Shown here piece by piece: positions 20,423 through 32,300 of a DNA stretch of 53,280 nt; position 1 is the stretch's first letter; each line of letters opens with the position of its first letter. Source of the DNA: a virus (taxonomy: Duplodnaviria > Caudoviricetes); IMG/VR virus record IMGVR_UViG_3300021961_000137, positions 1 to 53,280 of that record, one strand, 5' to 3'. The position numbers and the translations under genes are program-made. Under the pieces are notes generated by a model. The model was not told the DNA's origin. It saw nothing but the letters and a program-made list of their open reading frames with translations, and did no database searches.

Positions 20423-23400
20423 TTAATTATTAAAATTAATATTAATTAATCTATCTAATGCACTATTTATAAGTACAATATTCTGTTTTAGTTGAACATC
20501 ACTTCTCTTACCAATACTTCCTCCCATTGATGCAGGAGTTGGTTTTGGTGTTGTACTCATTGTTCCTTGGTTTCCAGAACTCTTACTTGTTGGTTTTGGT
20601 AGAATGTTTGGCGTATTCTTGGTCGCTGGTTTACCGTTAACAACGTGCCCAACAGGGACAGTTATACCATTTTTGGATATTTTTTGATCAATTTGATACG
20701 AACCGTGTGCAATAAAGTCTGCCGGTAACTGACTTGGTTTGTACCAACCTGCTGCAGGTTTCCAACTATTTGGTATTTTGGATCCGTTTCCACCACCATA
20801 AACCATAGGGACACCTTTATTTCCATCTCCTGCACCACTATGAACTCTAATCAAATAATCTGGAGATGTTGGTTTTTTAGGTACAACTTTATCTTTACCT
20901 TTCTTAGGACCAGTTCCTTTTCCTTTTTCAGGTCTTGGTTTTGATGGTGGCGGAGTTGTTTTAGTTGGTGGAACTTTATCAACTTTTATGGGATTATTTG
21001 ACGGTTGTTGAGACCCCATTGGAGTTTTTACTGGTTTTTCAGGTCTTGGTTTTGTTGTTTGGGTAGTGGGAGGAACCCAAGAATTTTCATGCTGATTCCA
21101 AGTTACTGGTGCAAATCCTGTTTGTGGATCAGACTTAGTTACCTTTGTTTGTTCATCAGTTTCTACATAAGCTTGTTCGATGTCAATTGTATTTGCTCTT
21201 AATCTAACCTGATCTACCCAAATATCAGATGATGGGAATAGTTGGATGGTTCCAGTATAAAAATCTTCCGAATATGGATTTACGTTGACAGCTCTTGTTG
21301 AATATGGTTGGTTAACATAACTAACTTCCTGATAGTTTAGAGTAACTAACTGACCTGTTCTTCTAACATTAGAACCAATTAATGAGGTATCTGTTCTAGC
21401 ATCAGATCTAGTATTTACAGAAGCTCCAATTCCTATTAAAGAATTTGTTCCAAGTAGCAAATCAAGAGATGTTGTATAGTGAGTTGGTCTTAATTCAGAA
21501 TTTTGAATATCGATACAATTTTTTACAGTTGTAGATTTATCTTGAGAAATTGTTGTTGAAAAATTATCTACAAAAATACCAGATTTAAATCTACTTATTC
21601 CATTTTCATCAACAATTGACATGCTTTCCGCATCAGCTTCAAGCATTGAAAGAGATGTGTAATACTCTAATTTTTCTATCCTATCTTCAAGTTCACCAAT
21701 GTCTGCCATTGTATATCTTCTATGCTCTTTGAGTTCTACCTCAGCATCATTAACATTATACAGGTAAGGTGGTAAGTAAACAGTTGCAACTTCTAGAGCA
21801 TCTTCATTTATAATTGGTGGTTGTGGACTTTCTGCAGCAATTCCAAGTTTTAACTGGAATGTTCCATTTTTGTTTAATAAAATTTTATCAATTCTGGGAA
21901 GGTAGAATGAATACGTAAGAACAAGAGATTCATCTGAGGCTAAAATATTTGGAGATGAATTTCCTTGCCTATCAAAAGTTCTTGCCAAAAATTCAAAAGG
22001 AGATCTGATATTCTCTGCAGGAGAAATTGGAGAAACTCTTGGTCTTATATCAATAATATCAGTTAATCTTGTTAAACCATCGACAGTATCAATATCTGCA
22101 TAATCAAATTGATTATATGAACTTGCTGTAGTTAAATCTCCAGTATCTGATGTAGAAAATTCCGCAGATTCGAATACAATTTTTAATTTTTTAGTTGGTT
22201 CTTTTGTTTTAACATCTCTTACTATTTTTGAATAATCGTAAATTGTTGAATTTTGATTTGGATCTAACCTAAATTGCGAACTAATATTTCTATCTCCTAC
22301 ATCTAATATAGAGATTGATGCCGTAATTTTAGAATCTACAAACCGTATCTTTTCTCCTTCTTCAAAAGTACTTGAATTGACATAAGCAAATCCAATCTTT
22401 AAGTCATTCAGTTTTTCTACATAAATTCCAATTGCTTTACTTTTCTCGCCAATAAATTCTTCTCCAATTAGAAGATCTCCAACTTTATTTGTTGGACCAT
22501 TTAAGTCTGTTAAAATGATACTTGGCAAATCTGGATTGTTTGTGTCATTAGATTCTATAATTGCATGAACCTTTGTTACATCTGGTTGAAGTAAACAGAT
22601 TTCTTCATCTTGAACTCTAGTTCCATATGGATAATTTCCATAAATAAGTCCATCATTTAGAGTTGTTCCTCCAATTCCAGAAGAAGCAAATTTTGACTTA
22701 TCGATTATAATTACTTTTGCTTTATTTCTATTTTTAATTTTCGATTTTATATTGAGTTTTCTTAAAGTTGCGATTAACTTGGCATTGCCACTTCCGGATA
22801 ATCCTTTTATTGATATTGATCTAGAACCATTAGTAAATGTAAATTTTTCATCTGATAAGACCTCAGTACCCCCATCTTGCCTTATTAATGCATATCTTTC
22901 TTCATCGTATGGTAAAAATGTTTCGTCTGCATTTGCCACAATTTCTGAAATTTGATTTCCAGAAATTACAACATCAAATTGTTTTCTTATAGACAGATTT
23001 GATTCGGATAAATTTACTTCTTTTACATTTGATTTTGGTAAAGGAGTATATAATGTATTGTCCCTAGATGGACGTAAGAGTGTTTTTAAAATAGTAAAAT
23101 TAGTTGGAGATAATGTAGTTGCTGGAAGAGCACCGTCACAAATACCCGGAACTGTAGTTATGCCACTTATTGTTAGGGTTTTTTCGGATACTGTTTCAAT
23201 TTTTGCAAAGGTGTTAATTGTTAATCCTGGTCTTGAAAAAGAAACTAAATTTCCTACTGTTGCTATTCCTACAAAAAATTCCTCAGTAGAAGTAACAGAG
23301 CATATACCAGATGTAGATACACCACTAATAGTAATTTGCGATAATAGAGTTGCCGGTTTCTGAATAGTATCTCCGGAAAAAATGTACGAAGATCCAACAG

Positions 23401-25084
23401 ATCCATACAGAGATTTTACATCATCTGTTGAATAAATACGAAGTTTTTTTACAGTTCTTGTATTTTCTATGCCGTCAAAAATTAATTTTTCACCTAAAGA
23501 AAATCTTCCTTTTACATTGTAAATAGTCAGTTCTTTACTGTCAGTTACTGCATACCTAAGAAATCCAGTTGCTCCACTAGCTTTTCCTCTTACATGAGTT
23601 GGGATAGTTAGTGTAACATTTTCATTTAAAGTAATTATTGTATATGTTTGTATATCATATAATGAAATATCCCATTGATTTTCATTTTGGTTGGATAATG
23701 CATATGAACCAGATTCTAAAGCAAAATCATAAACTCTTGCCAATCCAATTTCATTGCCGGGTGCTACCGTTGAAGATGCACCAACTCTCGAATCTCTCAA
23801 ACTAACATAATAACTTGTATTAATTCCAATAATTGGAGATCCATAAACTCTGTTAAGAGTGAATGACGGTCCAGTGTAATAATTTACACTTTGATCTTCT
23901 AGAGTTTTTGTTGCTCTTGGTTTTTGAAAATCAAAAAATGTTGGACCTATTGTTTCAATTTCAAATCCTCTAACATATGCTTTAAGTGGAGAAATATTAT
24001 ATGTTCCTAATTCTTCAATTGGTTGATTGTTATCGTATGTTAGTTGATTTTCAGTAAAAATTCCATCATTACCTTTTAAATCATTTAAAGTTTCTTGCGG
24101 GATTACTATCGGAGCATTTACGTAGTAGTCCCCAGATTCATCATATGTTCTTCTAGCAAGTTCTTGTGCAAGAATATTATATTGTGGTTTATTTGTAATA
24201 TTACTAAGTTTTCCTTCTTTAACTTCTAGTAAAGATATAAAATTATCTAAATCAGTTGAATCTAAAGGAAGTTTTTCTAGTTTTGTAAATACACTAAATC
24301 TATCTGCTCCAGGAGCGGCATAGTTTGAAAATCCCTGTGCATTGTCATTTAGAGTTTCATCATCGTAGGAATCAATAATATCTTCAAATATTCTCAAACC
24401 AACTTTATAACTTGGTTTGTTTGAATATGGTTCTAGATATAAGATACTAGTTGGTACTTGTACAAAAAATCCTCTAATAAAATAAATACCTTCTTCAAGA
24501 TAAACTGCAGAACCTATGGATGTGCAATTTTGAGATGCTGTTGTTGCAAAACCCTGTCCTTTTTTAATTTCGATTTCTCTGGGATCATCATCATCGATTG
24601 TTTTCGGATCAGTTACCAGTAAATCTTCATCAAATAATAAATTTTCGCTATTTAAAAATCTAGTTTCTGAATTGTCTCTAGTATCTGGACTTAGATATTT
24701 AACAAATAATGTAGTGTTTTCTACCCCATTACCTGCTACTAAAAACTCTTCAAGAATTGCAGTTACGCCACTTACTTGTCCCTTTATTTTTAGTCCACGC
24801 AAATTTGACAAATAATATGAAGATGGGAGACCTTGATAATTATTCTCTAAAATTACCGAATTTAAATCATTTTTATAAATTAAATTTCCCGGGATAACTA
24901 CAGAACCCTCTTTGAAAGTATGACTTCCAAATTGCTCAATCTGATTTTGCAGAATTGATTGTAAAGTTGTAAGTTCTCTTGCTTGAACTGGATATCCGGG
25001 TTTGAATAATACTTTGAAATAATTTTTATCTATATCAAAGTCATCAAAATACGGAGATACGTTAAGATTAGTTTCCTGTGGCAT
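20423..25084 (-). CDS. Virion structural protein, N-terminal part of the split DUF4815/VrlC-like protein, with Pro/Lys-rich tail and S74 N-fragment
   Basis: MPQETNLNVSPYFDDF, VLFKPGYPVQARELT, APGADR, LARRTYDESGDY and RFKSGIFVDNF motifs; ends SDVQLKQNIVLINSALDRL. Confidence 0.85.
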   Translation of the reverse strand: MPQETNLNVSPYFDDFDIDKNYFKVLFKPGYPVQARELTTLQSILQNQIEQFGSHTFKEGSVVIPGNLIYKNDLNSVILENNYQGLPSSYYLSNLRGLKIKGQVSGVTAILEEFLVAGNGVENTTLFVKYLSPDTRDNSETRFLNSENLLFDEDLLVTDPKTIDDDDPREIEIKKGQGFATTASQNCTSIGSAVYLEEGIYFIRGFFVQVPTSILYLEPYSNKPSYKVGLRIFEDIIDSYDDETLNDNAQGFSNYAAPGADRFSVFTKLEKLPLDSTDLDNFISLLEVKEGKLSNITNKPQYNILAQELARRTYDESGDYYVNAPIVIPQETLNDLKGNDGIFTENQLTYDNNQPIEELGTYNISPLKAYVRGFEIETIGPTFFDFQKPRATKTLEDQSVNYYTGPSFTLNRVYGSPIIGINTSYYVSLRDSRVGASSTVAPGNEIGLARVYDFALESGSYALSNQNENQWDISLYDIQTYTIITLNENVTLTIPTHVRGKASGATGFLRYAVTDSKELTIYNVKGRFSLGEKLIFDGIENTRTVKKLRIYSTDDVKSLYGSVGSSYIFSGDTIQKPATLLSQITISGVSTSGICSVTSTEEFFVGIATVGNLVSFSRPGLTINTFAKIETVSEKTLTISGITTVPGICDGALPATTLSPTNFTILKTLLRPSRDNTLYTPLPKSNVKEVNLSESNLSIRKQFDVVISGNQISEIVANADETFLPYDEERYALIRQDGGTEVLSDEKFTFTNGSRSISIKGLSGSGNAKLIATLRKLNIKSKIKNRNKAKVIIIDKSKFASSGIGGTTLNDGLIYGNYPYGTRVQDEEICLLQPDVTKVHAIIESNDTNNPDLPSIILTDLNGPTNKVGDLLIGEEFIGEKSKAIGIYVEKLNDLKIGFAYVNSSTFEEGEKIRFVDSKITASISILDVGDRNISSQFRLDPNQNSTIYDYSKIVRDVKTKEPTKKLKIVFESAEFSTSDTGDLTTASSYNQFDYADIDTVDGLTRLTDIIDIRPRVSPISPAENIRSPFEFLARTFDRQGNSSPNILASDESLVLTYSFYLPRIDKILLNKNGTFQLKLGIAAESPQPPIINEDALEVATVYLPPYLYNVNDAEVELKEHRRYTMADIGELEDRIEKLEYYTSLSMLEADAESMSIVDENGISRFKSGIFVDNFSTTISQDKSTTVKNCIDIQNSELRPTHYTTSLDLLLGTNSLIGIGASVNTRSDARTDTSLIGSNVRRTGQLVTLNYQEVSYVNQPYSTRAVNVNPYSEDFYTGTIQLFPSSDIWVDQVRLRANTIDIEQAYVETDEQTKVTKSDPQTGFAPVTWNQHENSWVPPTTQTTKPRPEKPVKTPMGSQQPSNNPIKVDKVPPTKTTPPPSKPRPEKGKGTGPKKGKDKVVPKKPTSPDYLIRVHSGAGDGNKGVPMVYGGGNGSKIPNSWKPAAGWYKPSQLPADFIAHGSYQIDQKISKNGITVPVGHVVNGKPATKNTPNILPKPTSKSSGNQGTMSTTPKPTPASMGGSIGKRSDVQLKQNIVLINSALDRLININFNN
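20464..20471 (-). promoter_or_regulatory. T4-type late promoter TATAAATA inside the S74 N-fragment codons, upstream of 20417
   Basis: Exact consensus; AATAAATA variants at 18770-18777 and 18486-18493 precede the next two ORFs. Confidence 0.7.
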
Positions 25085-25090
25085 AATTTT

Positions 25091-26644
25091 TTAAAACTGC
25101 AAAATAACTTTAATATCTTCCCTTTGATTAATAGACCTGGTTATCGGTGGTCTATTATCAACATATATTATGTTTCCTGAATATTTTTTTACCTCTGGAT
25201 TAGATACGCCATTTGTAAAAGTTTGACCAAGATAGTATGTCCTATTATTTATTGAGGTAGAAATCCCATTAAATGTTGTTTCAATACCAAGAGTGGCGCT
25301 TCCTCCAGTTATAATTAGAGAACCACCTGTTTTTGGTGATGAAGTAAATCTATTTAAATTAAATCCATAAATTGGTGATGTATTTTGAGATCCATCTGTA
25401 TTAAATCCAACTAAAGATTTGTCTTGCCAATATTTTAAAACTCCTGTTGTTGCATCATAAGAAACAACTCTACCAACTGCGGTAGATCCAATCCCAATTG
25501 TTTGTGTAATGGTAGAATCTGCTACAAAAGATGTTGTACTGTAACCAATACCTGTCAGTTTAAGTGCATAGACTGCACTTGCTTTTTCCAACTCTAGTAC
25601 TGCTTCCGATTCAAAAGATTGTGGATTTTCTACAATACCAATTCTTGCAATTTGATTTCCTGTGATAAAATCTGCATTTTGAACGTCATTTTCAATTCTA
25701 GAATACATTAGCACATTATATGCACCAAGTTCTCTATAAATATCAGACCCGTGGCCACCTTGCGGTGGGATTATGACATCAAAAATTGGTCTTGTTGTTC
25801 CTGTAGGAACTCCACCTGATAATAAATCAACACTACCATAAGTATAATTAGATCCTCCATTTGATATAGTTATACTTTCAACTTTAGAATCTCCGTCAAT
25901 TACAATAGTGGCTTTAGCACCATATCCATCTCCATGAATGGGAACATTTGAGTATGTTCTATTCGCAGTTCCTAAACCAACGCCTCTGTTTTTGATCGTT
26001 ATGATTTTAAGTTGACCACTAGTTTTAGCATTATCTCTAACCGCAGAGTTTTCAGAACCTGTTTCCCAGTCTTTAGGAACTGGCATAAAATTAGTAGAGT
26101 CGAATTTGACAATATCATTAGGTTTGATTGTATAAAGATATTTCCATATATACCCATCTCCACTATCTCCAGCAATTCTTGGTTCTAAATCAGTGAATGA
26201 TGGTTGATCTAGTGATGGTTTTCCCACTGGATTTTCGGGATCAGTACCATTATATAAACAAATATAAACTCTATAATCTTCATTTATTATATAAAAATTT
26301 GCATTATATAAATGTGTTGCTTCTGAAGGTTTTGATGGGTTTGATCTACTAATATCATGTCGATACATATCATAAGTAGTTCCTGAGGTCCAAAGATTTT
26401 TCTTTACGACCTGTCGAATATCACCTGCATTGAATTTTTTCAATGCAATCATAGTGTCCCAATAATCATTTTCTTGATCAAAACTATCTTTTGGTGCCGG
26501 TGGTGATACATTCCAATTTGCATCATAATCAGATGAGTTAGGTAGTCCGACAAAAGCGTAATATGAATTTATATCTGAAGTTGCTGCAGATACAAAATTC
26601 TTTGCATTTAAAATTCTAAGTTGGTCCGTTATGATTGCAGCCAT
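25091..26644 (-). CDS. gp8: Baseplate wedge subunit
   Basis: MAAIITDQLRILNA start, DGYIWKYLY motif, C-terminal SGNIIYVDNR...EDIKVILQF. Confidence 0.88.
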   Translation of the reverse strand: MAAIITDQLRILNAKNFVSAATSDINSYYAFVGLPNSSDYDANWNVSPPAPKDSFDQENDYWDTMIALKKFNAGDIRQVVKKNLWTSGTTYDMYRHDISRSNPSKPSEATHLYNANFYIINEDYRVYICLYNGTDPENPVGKPSLDQPSFTDLEPRIAGDSGDGYIWKYLYTIKPNDIVKFDSTNFMPVPKDWETGSENSAVRDNAKTSGQLKIITIKNRGVGLGTANRTYSNVPIHGDGYGAKATIVIDGDSKVESITISNGGSNYTYGSVDLLSGGVPTGTTRPIFDVIIPPQGGHGSDIYRELGAYNVLMYSRIENDVQNADFITGNQIARIGIVENPQSFESEAVLELEKASAVYALKLTGIGYSTTSFVADSTITQTIGIGSTAVGRVVSYDATTGVLKYWQDKSLVGFNTDGSQNTSPIYGFNLNRFTSSPKTGGSLIITGGSATLGIETTFNGISTSINNRTYYLGQTFTNGVSNPEVKKYSGNIIYVDNRPPITRSINQREDIKVILQF

Positions 26645-26665
26645 TTTATCTTTTTTGTGTATTTA

Positions 26666-28228
26666 TCAGAGGAATGCGTTAGGAAAGATTACAATTGTGC
26701 TTCCCATAGCAGTATTAACATTTGACTGATAGAATAGTGTATTTGGTGCATTAAACGGAACATTAAAAGTAATAATTGAATTTGTAGATCCATTCCCAAT
26801 TACACCATTATCATATTGAGTGCTGGAAAATCCAGTTCTAATATAAAATCCTTCTCCAGTTCCGCAATTGTTTATAAATTGATAGGATTGACCTCTTAAC
26901 AAATAAAGTATAGGATCGGGAGATGCTTCAGTAAGTCCAATACCAGATAAAATAAAATTATGAGGCGATCCAGTTCCAGTGACAACCCACCTTCCACTTA
27001 TTGCATTTGAAATATCTCCATAATAAGTTACAATACCACTAGAGGAGGTTACTACTCCACTATTTACTACAATGTTAGAAACTCCAGATACTGTAAACCC
27101 ATTTTGTATGGTTACATTTCCAGATAATGTAGAAACACCAGAAACTGAAAGTTGTTTTGCAAATAAAGTTTCTCCAGTTACGGTTGTTATACCTGCAAAA
27201 GTAGAAACTCCTACAACTAAAGTGTCTCCAATAACATGAAGTTTAGACGTTGGTAACGTAGTTCCTAATCCCACACTAGAATTGGAAGTGACTACAAATA
27301 CTTTACTATCATCTTTAACGCCAAAGGCAAATGATGCTCCACTTTGAACGCTAGTATTTAAAGTAGTTCTTCCGAGACCAATTGTTCCGGAAACATAACC
27401 AAAAGTAAATCCTACTCCTGTTTGAATATCAACATTTAAAGTTGTTGTTCCAATACCAACAGTATCAACTCCAATAGAAATAACTGTAGTGCCAACAGAA
27501 ACGATAGTTGACAATCCAATTACCTCATAACCAACAACAATACCTGAAGTGTTAATACCCGTTATGATGTTTGTGGAAACACCAACTGTACCTGCAGTTG
27601 AAACAACGGAAACAAATGCTGTTCCAATAGAAACAACAGTAGTGCCAGTAGCTACAATAGTAGATAAACCAGTTACCTCATGTCCAATGACAATGCCAGT
27701 AGTATTAATACCCGTTATGATGTTTGTGGAAACACCGACTGTACCGCCAGATGAAACGGTGGTTATAAAATCTCTAGGTCCTACTTGCAATCTTTGAATT
27801 GGATTTTCTGTAGAAATACCAACAGAACCTAAAGTTTGAATAATATTATTGTTATAAGTTGATACTCCAGAAACATTAAGTTGCTTTGAAAATAAAGTTT
27901 CTCCAGTTACGGTTGTTATACCTGCAAAAGTGGAAACACCAGATACTGATAAGTTATTTAATGTGGAAATTCCTGAAGCAAGAAAATTTGCAGTAGATGT
28001 TAATTCAGAAACATTAATATTAGTTGAATTAATAGTGGATAATGTTAATGTTGTTCCTATACCAACATTGGACATATCAGCCCTAGCTAATTCAAAACCT
28101 CCTGCGGTAGATCCATCATGAACCCTAATAGTTTTTGATTCACTATTGATAGATATTTCACCATCAGCGCCAGTAAATCCTGCGTTCTGGTCTTTTGTTC
28201 CTCTTCTAAATTGTACTTGTGTAGGCAT
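26666..28228 (-). CDS. Tail fibre-like protein with Mtd-type N-terminal domain and internal duplications
   Basis: MPTQVQFRRGT...FTGADGEI...VHDGSTAGG; GVSTF/VGIGT repeats; C-terminal VPFNAPNTLFYQ. Confidence 0.75.
   Translation of the reverse strand: MPTQVQFRRGTKDQNAGFTGADGEISINSESKTIRVHDGSTAGGFELARADMSNVGIGTTLTLSTINSTNINVSELTSTANFLASGISTLNNLSVSGVSTFAGITTVTGETLFSKQLNVSGVSTYNNNIIQTLGSVGISTENPIQRLQVGPRDFITTVSSGGTVGVSTNIITGINTTGIVIGHEVTGLSTIVATGTTVVSIGTAFVSVVSTAGTVGVSTNIITGINTSGIVVGYEVIGLSTIVSVGTTVISIGVDTVGIGTTTLNVDIQTGVGFTFGYVSGTIGLGRTTLNTSVQSGASFAFGVKDDSKVFVVTSNSSVGLGTTLPTSKLHVIGDTLVVGVSTFAGITTVTGETLFAKQLSVSGVSTLSGNVTIQNGFTVSGVSNIVVNSGVVTSSSGIVTYYGDISNAISGRWVVTGTGSPHNFILSGIGLTEASPDPILYLLRGQSYQFINNCGTGEGFYIRTGFSSTQYDNGVIGNGSTNSIITFNVPFNAPNTLFYQSNVNTAMGSTIVIFPNAFL
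27161..27932. repeat. Nested internal duplications in the fibre gene: 42-nt identity at 27161/27891 and 32-nt identity at 27552/27705
   Basis: AAATAAAGTTTCTCCAGTTACGGTTGTTATACCTGCAAAAGT twice; TTAATACCCGTTATGATGTTTGTGGAAACACC twice. Confidence 0.85.
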
Positions 28229-28250
28229 CTTTCTTAATCTTTTTTACTAT

Positions 28251-29363
28251 TTATGATAAAGTACCGTAGTCTACTGGATAAATTTGTCCAGCAGGTTCGT
28301 ATAAACAATCAAATATCATATCGGTAGGAATTCCAAAAGCATCAATTGTTGGAGAGAGTCCTCCATAATTGCCAGTTGGAATAGTAATAGTATGTATTCC
28401 AATTACTTTGTCTGCTCTTAAGGCTCCTGAGATTTTAGTACTAATTGATTTTGTATATGCAGAACCTACCTGCAAACTATAATGAGCGCGTGAAGTTTTA
28501 ATGCCAACAGATCCACCTGCTCCAACGACAAAAGGTGTTATTCCTGGATTTGTATTATCGTCAACTACAAAGGCATTTCCATTTCCAGCGACAGATATTG
28601 TTGAAATTCCCGAAGAATAAAATCCTTGTAAAATGGAACTTCCAGAAACTGTTAATGATCCTATTGATGCTATATTGGATGTTACTATACCAGAATTTAC
28701 TTGTCCAAAAAATGTAGTAGCAGTTACTATGCCAAGAATATTTAAATTCTTTTGGATTTCTAAATTTTCTGTTAAAGTTACATTATTTAAAAATCTTGAA
28801 ATATTTTCTACTAATAACGATCCATTTACAATCAAAGAAGTCGAACCTTTTCCTACAATAACTCCACCTGTTGGAGCGGAAAATCCTAAAGACGTTATTC
28901 CAGAAACATTTAATGTATCAAAATCGTTAGGATCTGATTTTATTGCATTTTCAATTGTAGATAATGTAATATTATCTAACGATAAAATATTTTTAAGTTC
29001 TCTTCCAGAACTGATTACCTGGTCAGTTCCGATGTAATACGCAGATGAAGTAACAATTCCTGCAGAATAAACATTACCTTCAAGATTTGATAATAGTTTG
29101 AATGCGGTTATTATACCACTAACATAAACATTTCCATCAATATCTAATCTTTCTCTAGGAATTGTAGACCCAATACCAACTTTATATGAACTGGAATCGA
29201 TGGAAATTACTGTCTTTCCAAAACCTACTAATATATTAGAACCATCTCCTAAAGAATTGTAAATTTCATCAAAATTGGAATTAATTTTGATGGCACCAAC
29301 TCTTAAAGTATCGCCAGTGCCATCATTAGCAACAGACCCTGTATTAATACCCAATTTAGACAT
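28251..29363 (-). CDS. Baseplate/fibre protein with gp9/gp10-like N-terminal motif
   Basis: INTGSVANDGTGDTLRVGAIKINSNFDEIY followed by beta-rich repeats. Confidence 0.7.
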   Translation of the reverse strand: MSKLGINTGSVANDGTGDTLRVGAIKINSNFDEIYNSLGDGSNILVGFGKTVISIDSSSYKVGIGSTIPRERLDIDGNVYVSGIITAFKLLSNLEGNVYSAGIVTSSAYYIGTDQVISSGRELKNILSLDNITLSTIENAIKSDPNDFDTLNVSGITSLGFSAPTGGVIVGKGSTSLIVNGSLLVENISRFLNNVTLTENLEIQKNLNILGIVTATTFFGQVNSGIVTSNIASIGSLTVSGSSILQGFYSSGISTISVAGNGNAFVVDDNTNPGITPFVVGAGGSVGIKTSRAHYSLQVGSAYTKSISTKISGALRADKVIGIHTITIPTGNYGGLSPTIDAFGIPTDMIFDCLYEPAGQIYPVDYGTLS

Positions 29364-29394
29364 TTTCTGCTAAGTATTCATTTACAATGAGTAT

Positions 29395-32300
29395 TTATGA
29401 GGCATAATTTTTATATCTGAGTGGATTTTTTCTAATCACTATTGCTGATGTTGATAACCCACTTACTCCACCTAAAGTATATGAATTAAATGAAGTTGAA
29501 TTTTGTATTCTACTACCAATAATTTTGCCCCAACTATATGTTCCATAATTAATTGGAGTTGATACTGGAGAAAATGTAGTTACACTATCAAAAGTAAAAT
29601 CTGTGGTATCAAATGTGGTTGCTTCAGAATCAAAAGTACCTGTTATATTTTCATCCATGAAGTGCTGATTATAATCATAACCATTTAAATTAGATACGTT
29701 TGTTGTAATTCTAGTTACATAGGTGAGACCTATGCCAGTTATAATTCTTCGTATCACACTTGAAGATGAAACTTCAAAAATGTTATCAATACATTCTGTT
29801 CCCACTCCAATGATACTATTATCAGAATATAGTGTAGTTATCCCAAAACCAATGTTTGAATTCTTAACAACAAAATAATCGCCAATTTGGATACTTGGGA
29901 CAGTGATTGCAGATCCCACAATAGATGGTTGTCTTAAATATGAATCTGCTGGGATAAAGAGATCTAGAGTAATTCCCGTAGATCCAACTCCAACATTTGT
30001 TTTACCTGAACCAACAATATAACCAAAATCTCCAGTGTAAGTTGCATTAACAAATGGTTCTTTTTTAAATGTTGGTGGTTCTATTAAAACACTAGGAGAA
30101 ACACTATATCCTATTCCAGAAGAAATGACTGCAATTGAAGAAATAGTACCTCCCGCAGATACTGTAGCACTTGCAGTAACAACTGTTGCAGTACCAAACC
30201 CAACTGGATTTGAAATAGAAACAGTTGGAGAAGTTGTGTACCCAACACCACCATCAGTAACTAAGATTGATGCTATTCCACCACTAGGAGCAAGAATTGC
30301 AGTTGCTGATGCAGATACGACCGAATCTTGTGATAAAATTTCAATATTGGATACATATAAATTTGAAGTATTTTCTGTTTGATTGTCAAAGAAAGTTTTT
30401 ACACTTTCTACATATATGACAGTTGATCCAACACCAACACTTTTGATTATATTTGATGATGGATAAATGAGAGGTTCATTTATTGTTCTATCTTTAGTTA
30501 CTGATTTTCCATCAATAATTACGTCTTCAGTCTGTTTACACCAGTTTATAGGTCTCTTTAGATTTTCATTTAGAGTTATTCCTGGACCAGAGTAATTGTT
30601 AGTATTGAGAGTATCAGTTGATAATATGTTTGTTATTATTCTTTCATCCTCTCTCAGTTCAATTTTGTCATCATGAAGGTCAAAATAATCACCGATTTTT
30701 ACAGATTCTAGAATATCAACATCCAATACATCAACATCACCTGTTCCTTTATAGAATAAAATTTTACAAGTGTCTCCCTCTTTTGGTGCTTCCGTAAAGG
30801 TTAAGTTACTACCTCCTTTAAATACGTAACCTTGTCCAGGAACCTGTAATATGTCATTTAAGAAAACTAATAAAGTAGCTTCCACATCAATTAAAGAACC
30901 CGCTCTTGCTTTTATGGATTTTTGTTGTCCATTTGCAGTGATTGGGAAAGAAACTCTATTTCCATCGAATAAACTTTGAATTTCATCTAAAACTTGTAAA
31001 TCACCAATAACCCAACTAGAAAATCTGTCAGACTGTGTTTTTTCTATTATTATTTTAAATTCTTCAAATTGTAAAGATGAATTTGTTGGAATTCCTACTG
31101 TTCCGCCGATACTGACTGTTAATATTTCTCCTTGACCATAACCATAACCAATATTTTTTATTTCAAAATCAATTACACTAGAACCTTGACCAACAACAAT
31201 ATCAATTGTTGCTTGTGTTCCAACACCTACACCTAAAGGAGAAGAATTACTATAAACTAAAGGTATATTTGAATAAGAAAGTGGTGCATCAAAAAATACA
31301 AGAGGTGGATTTGTAAAAGTATAACCAGTTCCTGGATTTGTAATAGCTACGCTTACAACATTGCCACCACTTACAGATGCAATTCCGATAAATTCTATAT
31401 TTGAAATATTATTATTGGATGTTAAAATTCCAACGTTGACAATTTTTTGAATTCCTGATCTATATCCAGATCCACTATTTCCAATACTAATTGACTGTAT
31501 TGTACCGGATATTGATACTATAGCAGTCCCTGCGGCAGAAACGAGAGGTTGATATCCAAACCCTTTAGAAGATGCTACAGATACTATTGATCCACCAACA
31601 GGAACATTTGAAGTATTGTGATCATTTGGAGTGGTTATTGAGTTTCCGATAAATTGTATAGTGGTTATACCTACATTTTCTTTTAGAAGATAATTTCCAG
31701 TAACTGATACTGGGAAAGTATTTCTACGTGGTCCTTGTAAAACTTGGTTTATCAATACAATAGAATTACCTTCAGAAAAACCAAATACATCATTTTTATT
31801 TGATTTTAATCTAAATTCCGTTTTTATTCCAGAGAAAGATTCGGAAATATCATCAAAAATATAATTTTTTGAATAAGGTTCTGATGAACTGTTTTTTACA
31901 CCAGATCTCACAAAAACTCTTCCACTAAAAGAAGAATTTGTCGTAATTCCTATCCAATCTTTTTCATCGGGCCTACTTGAAGTAGTTCCTATTGGAACAG
32001 GTCCGTATGGTGGAGATACAAAATTAATACTATTATTTACTATATTGTAATCACCAAAAACTTTAGTTATTACTGAGTGTTGGGCATGAGAAGCAATTCC
32101 TGTACCCATCCAACCTCTATCAACTAGAAGAACGCTAGTGCTTCCAAAACCAACAGTTTTAACTCGGACAATTTCATTGTCAATCTTTAAAAGATCTCCG
32201 CCAAAAATAGAGGTAATTCCTGATAGATTAATAGTATCTTGGGTAATTAAGACCTCACTATTAGAACTTGATGTGATAGCAGTGGAGACTATTGGAGATT

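Noticed and set aside
26666-28228. Diversity-generating retroelement target, suggested by the Mtd-type N-terminus
   Set aside because: No reverse transcriptase and no adenine-variable TR/VR pair seen in this window.
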